DNA of 47,960 bases from an uncultured Candidatus Saccharibacteria bacterium (GTDB lineage: Bacteria > Patescibacteriota > Minisyncoccia > Phycocordibacterales > SIBU01): assembly GCA_964355335.1 (NCBI GenBank), contig CAYHDB010000004.1, positions 1 through 47,960 on the forward strand. Direction: 5' to 3'. A program made the position numbers and the translations under genes. The notes beneath the pieces were generated by a model that saw only the letters and a program-made list of their open reading frames with translations, had not been told where the DNA came from and ran no database searches. This document shows, piece by piece, positions 26,492 to 35,951 of the stretch. Positions within the stretch are counted from its first letter, which is position 1. The number at the start of each line of letters is the position of its first letter.

Positions 26492-28366
26492 CTACATTCG
26501 CTCAGGAATCCCGATACCGAGCAATTTGAGTCCGTTTTCGAGCACCACCCGTGTAGCCTTGCACAACTCGAGCCGCTCCCGACAAACGACACCCTCGGTG
26601 ATCACATGCTGGCTCCGATAGAACGACGAAAAGGCTTTCGCTATTCCATAGAGTGCACCCGTGACCATCGAAGGGTTATATTGCTCTGTCGCTCGCGCCA
26701 CCACACCAGGGAACTCCATCAAGGCTTTGATGAGTTGAAAGGCATCATCATCCATCAAGGCGCTTGGGTCCTCCACCTCAGGCAGCCCTTCCGCTTTCTT
26801 GATGATTGACCCAATCCGAACACAGGAATACTGAATGTACGGTCCTGTGTCACCCTCAAACTCAATGGACTTCTCTGGGTCGAACAGCATGTCAAACCGA
26901 GGAGTGACCGTAGCAAGATAGTAGTTAAGCGCCCCAATCGCGATGATCGCGGAGGAACGTCGAACTTCTTCCTCACCGATGTCCGAACCGGCACGCTGAA
27001 GCTTCTGCGCCGCCGCCTGCTCGAGTTCGTCGAGCAAATTGTCGGCATCCACCACCGTTCCCTCTCGAGACTTCATCCTACCGGACGGCAGATTCACCAT
27101 CCCGTAGGAGAGGTGGTACAAAGACGACGCCCAATCATAGCCGTAGCGCTTGAGCAATTCGAAAAGAACTTTGAAATGATGGTCCTGTTCCGTGGCGACC
27201 ACGTAAATGATGCTATCAAGTCGTCCCTCTTGTTCGAACCGCGTTACGGCCAGACCAACATCTTGAGTCATGTACACCGATGTCCCGTCGGCCCGCAAGA
27301 GAAGCTTTTTGTCGAGGTTTACGTCAGTGAGGTCAATCACGACCGCGTCGTCCGCTCGTCGTTCACCAATTCCTTTTTTCAATCGGTCCAGAACGATTTT
27401 GCGTCCCAGCAAGTAAGTCTGACTTTCGTAATAGACCCGGTCAAACGTAAATCCCAATCGGGCGTTTGACTGATCGAACCCCGACAGCACCCACTGGTTC
27501 ATCTGTTTCCAAAGCGGGAGAACCGTTGGATTTCCCAACTCCCACTGTCGAAGCATCTCTCGAGCCTCAATCATCAGCAGGCATTCCTTTTCGAACAACT
27601 CGTCGTTTTGCTCCTGGCCTTCATCGGTAAGTTCGTCCCAGACAACTCCTTTTTCCTTCAGCCACTCGGCCTTCAGACGTCGGAGTTCGGTCTCGAACCT
27701 GACATAGTATCGCCCGACGAAATGGTCTCCTTTTTCACCTGTCGATTCGGGTGTCTCTCCATTACCGAACTTTTGGTAAGTGAGCATCGACTTGATGATG
27801 TGAATGCCCCGGTCATTGATGTTGTTCGCCTTGAGCACAGTTGCACCGCAGGCTTCAAGCATTCGAGCTGTGATTGTTCCAATCACACCGTTTCGAAGGT
27901 GTCCGAGATGAAGAGGCTTGTTTGTATTCGGAGAAAGATACTCCACCATACAGGTCTTCCCCGCAAGTTTACTGTTGCGACCGTATCGCTCGCCTTCTGA
28001 GAGAATCATCGCTACCGTAGGCGCGCTTATTAAGGCGCGACTGAGTCGGATATTCACGTAGGGCCCGGCGACCGAAACACTTTCAATCTTGGGGTCAGAC
28101 GGAATCGCGGAAGCGAGCATATTCGCCACAGCGGTTGCATCCTCTGGCTTGATCTTGTCTTGATGATAATACTCTTTCGCCAAACCGTAGCAGGCGACCG
28201 AAATGTCACCGAACTTAGGATTAGGCGTAGCGCCGACGTGAACAGCCTTCCGAGGCGACTCACAACCGGCAAACTCATCCGAACAGAGTGCCGTGCATAA
28301 TGCATCTTCGACTAGGTAAGCAAGACAGCTTTCCGACTTTGCAACCAAATTTTTCGTGGATTTCAT
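26492..28366 (-). CDS. argS: Arginine--tRNA ligase
   Basis: VEYLSPNTNKPLHLGHLRN (HIGH), NDRG, LLRADGTSVYMTQD, MKSREG, FEGDTGPYIQY and C-terminal LGI.IPERM. Confidence 0.95.
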   Translation of the reverse strand: MKSTKNLVAKSESCLAYLVEDALCTALCSDEFAGCESPRKAVHVGATPNPKFGDISVACYGLAKEYYHQDKIKPEDATAVANMLASAIPSDPKIESVSVAGPYVNIRLSRALISAPTVAMILSEGERYGRNSKLAGKTCMVEYLSPNTNKPLHLGHLRNGVIGTITARMLEACGATVLKANNINDRGIHIIKSMLTYQKFGNGETPESTGEKGDHFVGRYYVRFETELRRLKAEWLKEKGVVWDELTDEGQEQNDELFEKECLLMIEAREMLRQWELGNPTVLPLWKQMNQWVLSGFDQSNARLGFTFDRVYYESQTYLLGRKIVLDRLKKGIGERRADDAVVIDLTDVNLDKKLLLRADGTSVYMTQDVGLAVTRFEQEGRLDSIIYVVATEQDHHFKVLFELLKRYGYDWASSLYHLSYGMVNLPSGRMKSREGTVVDADNLLDELEQAAAQKLQRAGSDIGEEEVRRSSAIIAIGALNYYLATVTPRFDMLFDPEKSIEFEGDTGPYIQYSCVRIGSIIKKAEGLPEVEDPSALMDDDAFQLIKALMEFPGVVARATEQYNPSMVTGALYGIAKAFSSFYRSQHVITEGVVCRERLELCKATRVVLENGLKLLGIGIPERM

Positions 28367-28531
28367 TCATTTTTCCTGGGTTTGTAGCGATTTGTATCGC
28401 TGTTTTTAAGGTTCTGCAAAGAAATATTTCCTTGAGCTAAACGAACATTATGGCTTTTTTCAGCAACTGTCAACATATTGACACTTTAATATAACAATAT
28501 CAAAAACCGTTTCTACGGTACTTATCTTTTC

Positions 28532-28566
28532 AAAAAAAGGAGAAGATTCATCAGAATCTTCTCCTT
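28532..28566 (-). terminator. Intrinsic terminator after the M20 gene
   Basis: AAGGAGAAGATTC-atca-GAATCTTCTCCTT perfect 13-bp stem with a U-tract. Confidence 0.85.
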
Positions 28567-28602
28567 GCTTCAAATTATCTAATCACCGTATCAGATGGCC
28601 GT

Positions 28603-29688
28603 CTACAGGCTTTCCAGAAAGGTGAGGATGCATTGATAATGGCGTTGCAACGACACTTCACTTACCCATTCATCCTCTTGATGTGCGCCTCCTCCTATTG
28701 GAAGGAACAACGTTGCAGGAGTACCGTTTTCCGCAAAGAAAACAGCATCACTTGTTCCCGCCTCTCGTTTCATCTCAACCTTCTGGCCTGTGACCCTTTT
28801 GATCGCTTCGGACAGTTTTCTCACATGGACATTGTCCGGATCGACCTCAAGCGCGGAATTTTCAGCAATGATCTCACAGGTGCCGGATACATCGAGAAAA
28901 TTGTTCACAGTATCCAAAACAAGTTGTCGGTGACCATTTGTCACATAACGAATATCGAAACATGCTTCGGCCATTTCCGGTATTTGATTGACAGCGGTGC
29001 CGGAATTGATTTTGGTCAAAACCACAGAAGTCTTCCAGTCATCCTTCGTGCAAGGCTGAGGGAACACACTGTGCAAATGGCTCATCAATTCAAACACCTT
29101 CACAATCGGGTTAACTCCTTCAGAAGGCCTGGAGGCGTGAGCACTTTTGCCCACAACCGAAATCTTCAATTGCAGAAATCCCTTTTGTCCAACAATAATT
29201 TCATTCTCACTTCCTCCGTCGGACAACAAAGCAAAATCCGCTTGATACTCTCTGCTATCTAGAAGCGCTTTCATTGACGCTCCACTGGTCTCTTCATCAG
29301 TACTCACCAGGATCGCAATACGCTTCGAGGTATCAGGTGAGGCCTCAAGAAAATCACGGACAGCGCACATACCAGCAAGAAGCGGCCCCTTCATATCAAT
29401 CACTCCCCGCCCATAAAGCCTGCCGCCATCACTCTGCATGACGAACCGCTCATCACTAGAGGCCGGAACAACGTCAATGTGGCCGGAAAGAATGAAATCA
29501 AACCGCCCACCCTCCACATTGGAAAGCAACAACATCGGTTGACCTGCAGACTGCAGGCGAGTCACAATAAGTTTGTCGCCAAAAGCGCCTTCGATAGTCT
29601 TCAGGCAATCCGCAATTGCCTCGTTGTTGCCTAGAACCGATTTGAATGAGATCAACTTGGCCAACAATTGAATGTCCTGTGTTTTCAT
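28603..29688 (-). CDS. M20 family metallo-deacylase/peptidase (DapE/ArgE-like)
   Basis: SGHIDVVP, GRGVIDMKG, TDEE, GKSAHAS.P..G.N, GTSDA and GAHQEDE. Confidence 0.9.
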   Translation of the reverse strand: MKTQDIQLLAKLISFKSVLGNNEAIADCLKTIEGAFGDKLIVTRLQSAGQPMLLLSNVEGGRFDFILSGHIDVVPASSDERFVMQSDGGRLYGRGVIDMKGPLLAGMCAVRDFLEASPDTSKRIAILVSTDEETSGASMKALLDSREYQADFALLSDGGSENEIIVGQKGFLQLKISVVGKSAHASRPSEGVNPIVKVFELMSHLHSVFPQPCTKDDWKTSVVLTKINSGTAVNQIPEMAEACFDIRYVTNGHRQLVLDTVNNFLDVSGTCEIIAENSALEVDPDNVHVRKLSEAIKRVTGQKVEMKREAGTSDAVFFAENGTPATLFLPIGGGAHQEDEWVSEVSLQRHYQCILTFLESL

Positions 29689-29989
29689 ATGTCAATTTGC
29701 AAACTGCGATTCCGTATGTTTTCTGTAAGCGTCTACAACGATAGTAGAACGCACCGTAACTGATGAAACAATATAAATTGTTTAAGAAACTGTCAATAAA
29801 TGTTACCTCTAAAAATCCTTGGGTCACGCACTATATTTGTTGACTATCTTCACTAAACTGGTATAACTACCGCAGAAAGAAATTGCCAATCTCTCTACAG
29901 TACGACAATATCCTCATCCGCGAAGATTTGCGGATATCTAGATAGGTCGAATGACCCGACTGTAACAACGGCAACGGAGAACGTTAACA

Positions 29990-31237
29990 ATGAAAATGGT
30001 TCTAGCATACTCAGGTGGCCTCGATACTTCGACGCTACTACATTGGCTCAAGAAGAAATACGATGCCGAAATGATCGCTTTCTGCGCCGACGTCGGCCAG
30101 GAGGAGGAACTCAGCGGACTCGAAGACAAGGCAACAAAAACCGGCGCTTCACGCGTTTACATTTCCGATCTGCGGGAGGAATTCGCTCGGGATTTCATCT
30201 TCCCGATGATGCAAGCGGGCGCGACCTACGAAGGCCAATACCTTCTAGGTACGAGCATCGCTCGTCCTCTCATCGCCAAGGAATTGGTCAGAATTGCCCA
30301 GTTGGAAAAAGCCGATGCCGTCGCGCACGGATGCACAGGCAAGGGCAACGACCAGGTCCGTTTCGAACTCGCGGTGGCGACCCTCGCTCCAGAACTCAAA
30401 GTCATCGCCCCGTGGCGCGACGAAAGTTTCCGTAAAGAGTTACCTGGCCGACAGGAGATGATTGCTTACTGCAAACTGCACGATATTAAGGTGGAAGCGA
30501 GCGCCGAGAAACCGTACTCCACGGACAGAAACCTGTTGCACATTTCCTTCGAGACCGGCATCCTGGAGGAACTCGACTTCAACGCATTCCAGCCTTCGAA
30601 CAAGGACATGTTCAAGCTCTCTGTGGCGCCGGAAGACGCCCCGGATGAGCCTGAATACATCGTTCTCAGATTCGAGAATGGAATTTGCATTGACGTCAAA
30701 GCTCACGCGGACGAGTTTGGCCAAAGATTAAGCCCTCTTACCGTCATTAAGACGCTCAACACAATCGGTGGCAAACACGGCATCGGTCGAGTGGACATGG
30801 TGGAGAATCGCTATGTGGGTATGAAATCACGAGGCGTGTACGAGACGCCCGGTGGTACCATCCTTCATTTCGCCCACCGGCAGATGGAATCGATAACAAT
30901 GGACCGTGAAGTCATGCACCTGCGCGACTCGCTCATCCCCCGCTACGCCGAAATGGTTTACTACGGCTACTGGTTCGCCCCGGAGCGTCTTGCTCTCCAA
31001 GCCCTCATCACCGAAAGCCAAAAGAACGTGACGGGTACAGTGCGTCTGAAACTCTACAAAGGCAACATCATGGTTGCCGGTCGTTTCTCTCCAGTAAGCC
31101 TGTACAGCCCTGCCATCGCCACGATGGAGGCCGACCCCACAAAGGCTTACGACCAAAACGACGCCACAGGCTTCATCCGATTGAATGCCCTCCGTCTCAA
31201 AGTTGCAGCCCGACTGCGACAAGGCAATAAGGTGTGA
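29990..31237 (+). CDS. argG: Argininosuccinate synthase
   Basis: [43 protein letters not shown] and [18 protein letters not shown]. Confidence 0.97.
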   Translation: MKMVLAYSGGLDTSTLLHWLKKKYDAEMIAFCADVGQEEELSGLEDKATKTGASRVYISDLREEFARDFIFPMMQAGATYEGQYLLGTSIARPLIAKELVRIAQLEKADAVAHGCTGKGNDQVRFELAVATLAPELKVIAPWRDESFRKELPGRQEMIAYCKLHDIKVEASAEKPYSTDRNLLHISFETGILEELDFNAFQPSNKDMFKLSVAPEDAPDEPEYIVLRFENGICIDVKAHADEFGQRLSPLTVIKTLNTIGGKHGIGRVDMVENRYVGMKSRGVYETPGGTILHFAHRQMESITMDREVMHLRDSLIPRYAEMVYYGYWFAPERLALQALITESQKNVTGTVRLKLYKGNIMVAGRFSPVSLYSPAIATMEADPTKAYDQNDATGFIRLNALRLKVAARLRQGNKV

Positions 31238-31268
31238 ACGACACCTCACAAACATCGTTCATTAATTC

Positions 31269-31317
31269 AACCACCGTCTAGTAGCACCAAGTGCGAACGG
31301 CGGTTTTTTCTTTTTTT
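31269..31317 (+). terminator. Intrinsic terminator after argG
   Basis: AACCACCGT...ACGGCGGTT stem followed by a long U-tract. Confidence 0.7.
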
Positions 31318-31440
31318 AATACCAATCTTACCAATTTAAGCTATCCACATTTGCATTTCAGACACGTTTCCCTATACTTCTACTCAGAGGTACCCGAGAT
31401 GTGGGTACCAATTTTTAAAAGAAAACACTAATAACAACAA

Positions 31441-31881
31441 ATGAGCAAAACAAAAAAAGCACTCGACGATGACCCTTCACGTAGGACGGGCGGTTCCAAT
31501 GAAATCAAGGGATACGGTCCACATCTCACATACGACGGATACGGAGCTGATCCGGCCCGCCTGAATGATATGAAGATTGTGTTCGACTTCTTGTTGAATC
31601 TGCCCAAAATCATCGGGATGCAACGGCTGACAATGCCGTACGTCCTATCGTACGACGGCGCGGACAAACCGAACGATTATGGTGTGACGGGAGTTGTTAT
31701 TATTGCGACTTCCCACATCTCAATCCACACTTACCCGCACGACAGGACATTCTTTTTGGACATCTTTTCCTGCAAAGGATTCGATCAAGAAAAGGCCCTC
31801 GCCTACATCCGAAAAACCTTCGGTGCAAAAAGTGAAGAGGTGGACCTCGTCACTCGAGGAAAACGTTTTCGCCAGAAGTAA
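31441..31881 (+). CDS. Pyruvoyl-dependent decarboxylase, SpeD/SpeH (AdoMetDC) family
   Basis: GPHL..D, GVTGVVIIATSHISIHTYP and LDIFSCK; autocleavage site is T|SH rather than the usual E|SH. Confidence 0.85.
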   Translation: MSKTKKALDDDPSRRTGGSNEIKGYGPHLTYDGYGADPARLNDMKIVFDFLLNLPKIIGMQRLTMPYVLSYDGADKPNDYGVTGVVIIATSHISIHTYPHDRTFFLDIFSCKGFDQEKALAYIRKTFGAKSEEVDLVTRGKRFRQK

Positions 31882-31912
31882 GCAAGTTTACTTCCGTTAA
31901 GCAAAACAAATC

Positions 31913-31946
31913 GACACCAAGGACAGCTCCCTCGGTGTCTTTTTTT
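31913..31946 (+). terminator. Intrinsic terminator after the SpeD-like gene
   Basis: GACACCAAGG...CCTCGGTGTC stem followed by a T-run. Confidence 0.75.
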
Positions 31947-32032
31947 ATTAAATCAACTTTAGTTCAGCAAAAATCGTGACGTTAAAGTTTTATTAAATTA
32001 CCACTTTTCGATTAATTAAGTATAATAATTGA

Positions 32033-33070
32033 ATGAAATTCGTTAAATTGGCCAAACTTAATAAGGGCGACAAAGTTGCAATACTTTCCCCCTCATTTGC
32101 TGCTCCCGGCAAATGGCCACATGTTTATGAACTGGGATTAAAAAGATTGCGTGAGATTTTCGAACTTGAGCCTGTAGAGTTTCCTACGACAAAAAAACTT
32201 GGAGCCTCGACCAAGGAAAGATCTGACGACCTCATTAAAGCTTTTGAAGACAAGTCAATAAAGGCCGTAATAACTACACTTGGCGGAAACGACCAAGTCA
32301 CTTATATAAAAAACCTGTCTCCTAAAACATTTACAGAAAATCCGAAACCTTTTTTTGGATTTAGCGACAATTCTCATTTTATGAACTTTTTGTGGCAACT
32401 AGGAATACCGTCGTATTATGGCGGGGCCCTATTTACCCAATTTGCCCGACAAGGAAAAATGGATGACTATACTATCAAGTACTTAAAAAAAGCTTTTTTT
32501 GAATCAGAAAACGTAGAAATCAAGGCGAGCGATACATACAATGACATTGGACTTGGATGGGACGACCTTGAAAATCTTAAAAAATTCAGAGAGTATGAAA
32601 CCAATGAAGGTTGGATATGGGATGGCGCCACCAACATTGAGGGCATAACATGGGGCGGATGCCTTGAATCTATCGACGAGATGCTAAGACACGGAATTAA
32701 AATCCCTTCGCCTGAGGATTTTAAAAACATCATACTTCTTACCGAAACATCAGAGGAGATTCCTAAACATGAATATGTATTCCGGGTATATAGAGCATTG
32801 GGAGAAAGAGGTCTACTTGAAAATGTGCGGGCAGTCTTGGTTGGCCGTCCGAAAGCGTGGGAATTTGATAAACCCAACAATGCCGATGAAAAAGCAAAAT
32901 ACAAGCAGAAACAACGTGAAGTAATCCTAAAAATAATTAGGCAATACAATGAATCGGCTCCTGTCATTCAAAATGTGGACTTTGGCCACACTGACCCGCA
33001 AATACCCTTCCCCTACGGAGGCATAGTAAAAATAGATTCCGAAAACAAAAAAATCTTTGCCCAATTTTAA
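32033..33070 (+). CDS. S66 peptidase (LD-carboxypeptidase / MccF-like)
   Basis: GDKVAILSPS, GGND, GFSD (Ser), WGGCLE, ETSEE (Glu) and DFGHTDPQ (His). Confidence 0.92.
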   Translation: MKFVKLAKLNKGDKVAILSPSFAAPGKWPHVYELGLKRLREIFELEPVEFPTTKKLGASTKERSDDLIKAFEDKSIKAVITTLGGNDQVTYIKNLSPKTFTENPKPFFGFSDNSHFMNFLWQLGIPSYYGGALFTQFARQGKMDDYTIKYLKKAFFESENVEIKASDTYNDIGLGWDDLENLKKFREYETNEGWIWDGATNIEGITWGGCLESIDEMLRHGIKIPSPEDFKNIILLTETSEEIPKHEYVFRVYRALGERGLLENVRAVLVGRPKAWEFDKPNNADEKAKYKQKQREVILKIIRQYNESAPVIQNVDFGHTDPQIPFPYGGIVKIDSENKKIFAQF

Positions 33071-33082
33071 ACTCTATTTATC

Positions 33083-33124
33083 AAGACAAAAAACACCGAA
33101 GGTTCCTCGATGTTTTTTGTTTTT
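33083..33124. terminator. Probable bidirectional terminator between convergent genes
   Basis: ACAAAAAACA...TGTTTTTTGT inverted repeat. Confidence 0.6.
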
Positions 33125-33128
33125 GAAA

Positions 33129-34778
33129 TTAAACCAACTTTAGTTCCACGAAGAACGTGGCGCCCTTGCCCTCCCCTTCGGACTCCACCCAGATTTTACC
33201 GCCATGAGCTTTTATCATTTCTTTGGCGACATAGAGACCGAGGCCTGTGCCTAAAATATTTACTTTTGAAGCGTCCTCGGCTCGGCTGAACTTCTGGAAC
33301 AAGTGCGGGATAGTCGAAGCACGGATACCAACGCCTGTATCTTTTATCATAAGCAAAACTTTTTTATCTGCGAGGTTTGGATTAAGCGAAACGGTAATAC
33401 TTCCCTTCTGAGTATATTTCGACGAGTTGTCCAAAAGGTTCGAGACCACCTGCTTGAGCTTACCATAATCCCCGCTGATATTTACCGATTCAGAACAAGT
33501 CGTAACCGAAAACTGTAACCCTTTATTCTCAATCGTCGGTCTTATCTCATTGGCCACTTCATTGATTAGTTTACACAAATCAAACACCGTAAGGTCATAC
33601 TTCATCCTCCCCTGTTCGATACGCGACACGTTCAAGAAATCATCCACAATTACCGCAAGTGAGCGACTCGACTGATAGATAGTATCAATCGGACCCTTGA
33701 ACGGTCTAGGCAAATCTCCATAATCTCCTTCAAGGACCATAGACGCATACCCTTTTATCGAAGTCAGCGGTCCTCGTATCTGATGCGTGGCGAGCGACAC
33801 GAACTCGCTCTTGAGTTGGTCCAGCTCCTTCAATCGCGCATTCGCCCCCTCAAGTTCCTTTTCCTGCTTTTCAATCTTCTCTCGCTGTGCAACCTCTTTT
33901 TTCACACTTCGTATGAGGTTTATGCCGATCACTCCTGTAACGGCAAGAGTGATAGCCGTCAGAACTCTATTTGTATTATTTCTAATAAAGAAGAATTGCG
34001 AACCAATCAGAATTATAAGAGAAAAAACAAGCGCCTGCGCTCCAACGAGCTTTATATTGAAAGTTTTAAACCGAACAATCAGAAATGCCAGGGACCCGAT
34101 AAAGATCACCATGCCAAACAAACCGTAAATCTCATAGGTATAGTCAAGGGTCTTCTCCGATATAAAACCGGCAACAAAAAACGCAAAAATGAAACTCGCA
34201 AGTCCAAGTGAAAGAAGAAGTATTTGTTTTCGAAACTGTTTGTCCGCCTTTACATACTTGACGATAGCAAAAATTATAATTGAAAAGGAAGTAACAGCTT
34301 TAACAAAAAATACATATTGAAGATAGAGGCTATTCTCGAGAGCCACGCATTCCCGAGCATCAAAACCCTTAAGGTATAGCGTCGTCGGAGCGGAAATAAT
34401 AAGTGGCGCAAGAATCAGCGAAAATAGCACCTTCTTTCTCAAGGAAACATCTCTCTTTTCACAAAAAACATCGATAAAATAAAGACTAAGAAGAAAAAGG
34501 GTTACGCTAAAAATCTCAATAGGTGCCCAGGATGACATTATTACACTCGCCTTGTCATAATTGATCCAAATCAGCAGATCAAGTGTTGCCCAAATCGCGA
34601 AAACAAAAGAAATTGCAAGCAAAATCTTACTCAAAATACTGCGACTTTTCAGGTAAACGTAAAATCCGACAATCAGACCTATAGACGCTGTCGGTATATG
34701 CGAATAATACAAAAGGCTTGAATACTGTTCCACTATTTGCCTGCAGTACTCCAAATTTGTGGCAAGATTATAATCCAT
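33129..34778 (-). CDS. Membrane-bound sensor histidine kinase (multi-TM N-terminus, HisKA + HATPase)
   Basis: SEFVSLATHQIRGPLT H-box, NLLDNSSKYT, DTGVGI, GTGLGL and GGKIWVESEG.GKG. Confidence 0.95.
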   Translation of the reverse strand: MDYNLATNLEYCRQIVEQYSSLLYYSHIPTASIGLIVGFYVYLKSRSILSKILLAISFVFAIWATLDLLIWINYDKASVIMSSWAPIEIFSVTLFLLSLYFIDVFCEKRDVSLRKKVLFSLILAPLIISAPTTLYLKGFDARECVALENSLYLQYVFFVKAVTSFSIIIFAIVKYVKADKQFRKQILLLSLGLASFIFAFFVAGFISEKTLDYTYEIYGLFGMVIFIGSLAFLIVRFKTFNIKLVGAQALVFSLIILIGSQFFFIRNNTNRVLTAITLAVTGVIGINLIRSVKKEVAQREKIEKQEKELEGANARLKELDQLKSEFVSLATHQIRGPLTSIKGYASMVLEGDYGDLPRPFKGPIDTIYQSSRSLAVIVDDFLNVSRIEQGRMKYDLTVFDLCKLINEVANEIRPTIENKGLQFSVTTCSESVNISGDYGKLKQVVSNLLDNSSKYTQKGSITVSLNPNLADKKVLLMIKDTGVGIRASTIPHLFQKFSRAEDASKVNILGTGLGLYVAKEMIKAHGGKIWVESEGEGKGATFFVELKLV

Positions 34779-34782
34779 ACAA

Positions 34783-35562
34783 CTAGGTTTTTGATTTTAA
34801 ATATTTCAAAACTTCTTGCCTGATTGAAATCGGATAGGATAACCAACTGGTGTACTTTTCGTATTCAACTGGCAACAATGGAAAGATGAGGGGTTTTACA
34901 CCGAATATTTCCGAAGCCTTGATAAAACTTGGTAAAATTTTATTTTTCACAAACAGAGTCTCCTCTTTGTCATCTTCCAGAAAGTTCTCAAAAAGTACTC
35001 CGTGACAAATAAAAAGCGAAAGATAGCATAGATAATAGTGTCCCTGGGTATCCCTTGTTCTATTGAACCATCCGTAGATATCTATAATTTTACCATTAAG
35101 ACTGGGGTCGTGCATATATAAAAGATTGTGGTGAAAATCAATCAGTCGCTCGTTCCAATTCGTCATCACCTTATCCAGCTTCTTTCCTTGGTACTTGTCG
35201 ACGTCGACAATTTTCATTTCAGCTCTTTTGTCCTCTCTTTTGTGGTCCGTATAAAAGAACAATTTGCACAAATGCATCTTATCCTGATTTTTAGTGACAA
35301 GCTTGTCTGGATATTCCAAAAATAAAGGTGGTAAATCAACATCCTTTGCTAAATCGAGAAAATAAAGGGTCTCAAGATTGGGAGTCACGACACTTCTGGA
35401 AAAAAAAGCATGGGGCAGATCGTTCGGAAAAGGAAACCCATGATCCTGCAAAAATAGCTCAACTTTCTTTCTTAGTTCGGTATTATTCCACCTTGACTCC
35501 AACTCACTGATTATTTCAGAAAGAGAACTATACATTCCAGCGATTTCAGAAATATTGTGCAT
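34783..35562 (-). CDS. Hypothetical soluble protein (probable start at ATG 35562)
   Basis: Long ORF tightly coupled to the neighbours (4 nt before the kinase start); no recognised family. Confidence 0.7.
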   Translation of the reverse strand: MHNISEIAGMYSSLSEIISELESRWNNTELRKKVELFLQDHGFPFPNDLPHAFFSRSVVTPNLETLYFLDLAKDVDLPPLFLEYPDKLVTKNQDKMHLCKLFFYTDHKREDKRAEMKIVDVDKYQGKKLDKVMTNWNERLIDFHHNLLYMHDPSLNGKIIDIYGWFNRTRDTQGHYYLCYLSLFICHGVLFENFLEDDKEETLFVKNKILPSFIKASEIFGVKPLIFPLLPVEYEKYTSWLSYPISIRQEVLKYLKSKT

Positions 35563-35569
35563 TTCGGTA

Positions 35570-35920
35570 TTATTCGTTACTGCATGAGTCCTCGATTTCA
35601 AGTGTCTCCCTGGTTTCGGTAGAACACAAAAAGGTCTGACAATCGGCACTGTCCACGCAATCAAGTGGCGGTACTTTATACGCCTTCATCAAAATAACCT
35701 TATAATTCCTGGTCACATCACCACTACAACGAGGATCTGCATCCGCGTCACATTCCGACACAAAACAAACATCAACGTCCGGATTACATGGCAATTCAAC
35801 CCGAACAAAATAATCATTTTTAACAATATATTTCTGATACACCAAAAACAGGCTCACCAATACACTAAGAATCAGTGCTCTTAAGAAAATATTTGATTTT
35901 GTATTATCTGCAGACCCCAT
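35570..35920 (-). CDS. Small membrane-anchored Cys-rich protein
   Basis: One N-terminal TM helix followed by 8 Cys. Confidence 0.7.
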   Translation of the reverse strand: MGSADNTKSNIFLRALILSVLVSLFLVYQKYIVKNDYFVRVELPCNPDVDVCFVSECDADADPRCSGDVTRNYKVILMKAYKVPPLDCVDSADCQTFLCSTETRETLEIEDSCSNE

Positions 35921-35951
35921 ATATTGCTATACAATACAGTATACTAACAAA

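Noticed and set aside
15840-29990. ArgR ARG boxes upstream of the arg genes
   Set aside because: No convincing TGAAT-N4-ATTCA pair was seen by eye, and there is no argR in the window.
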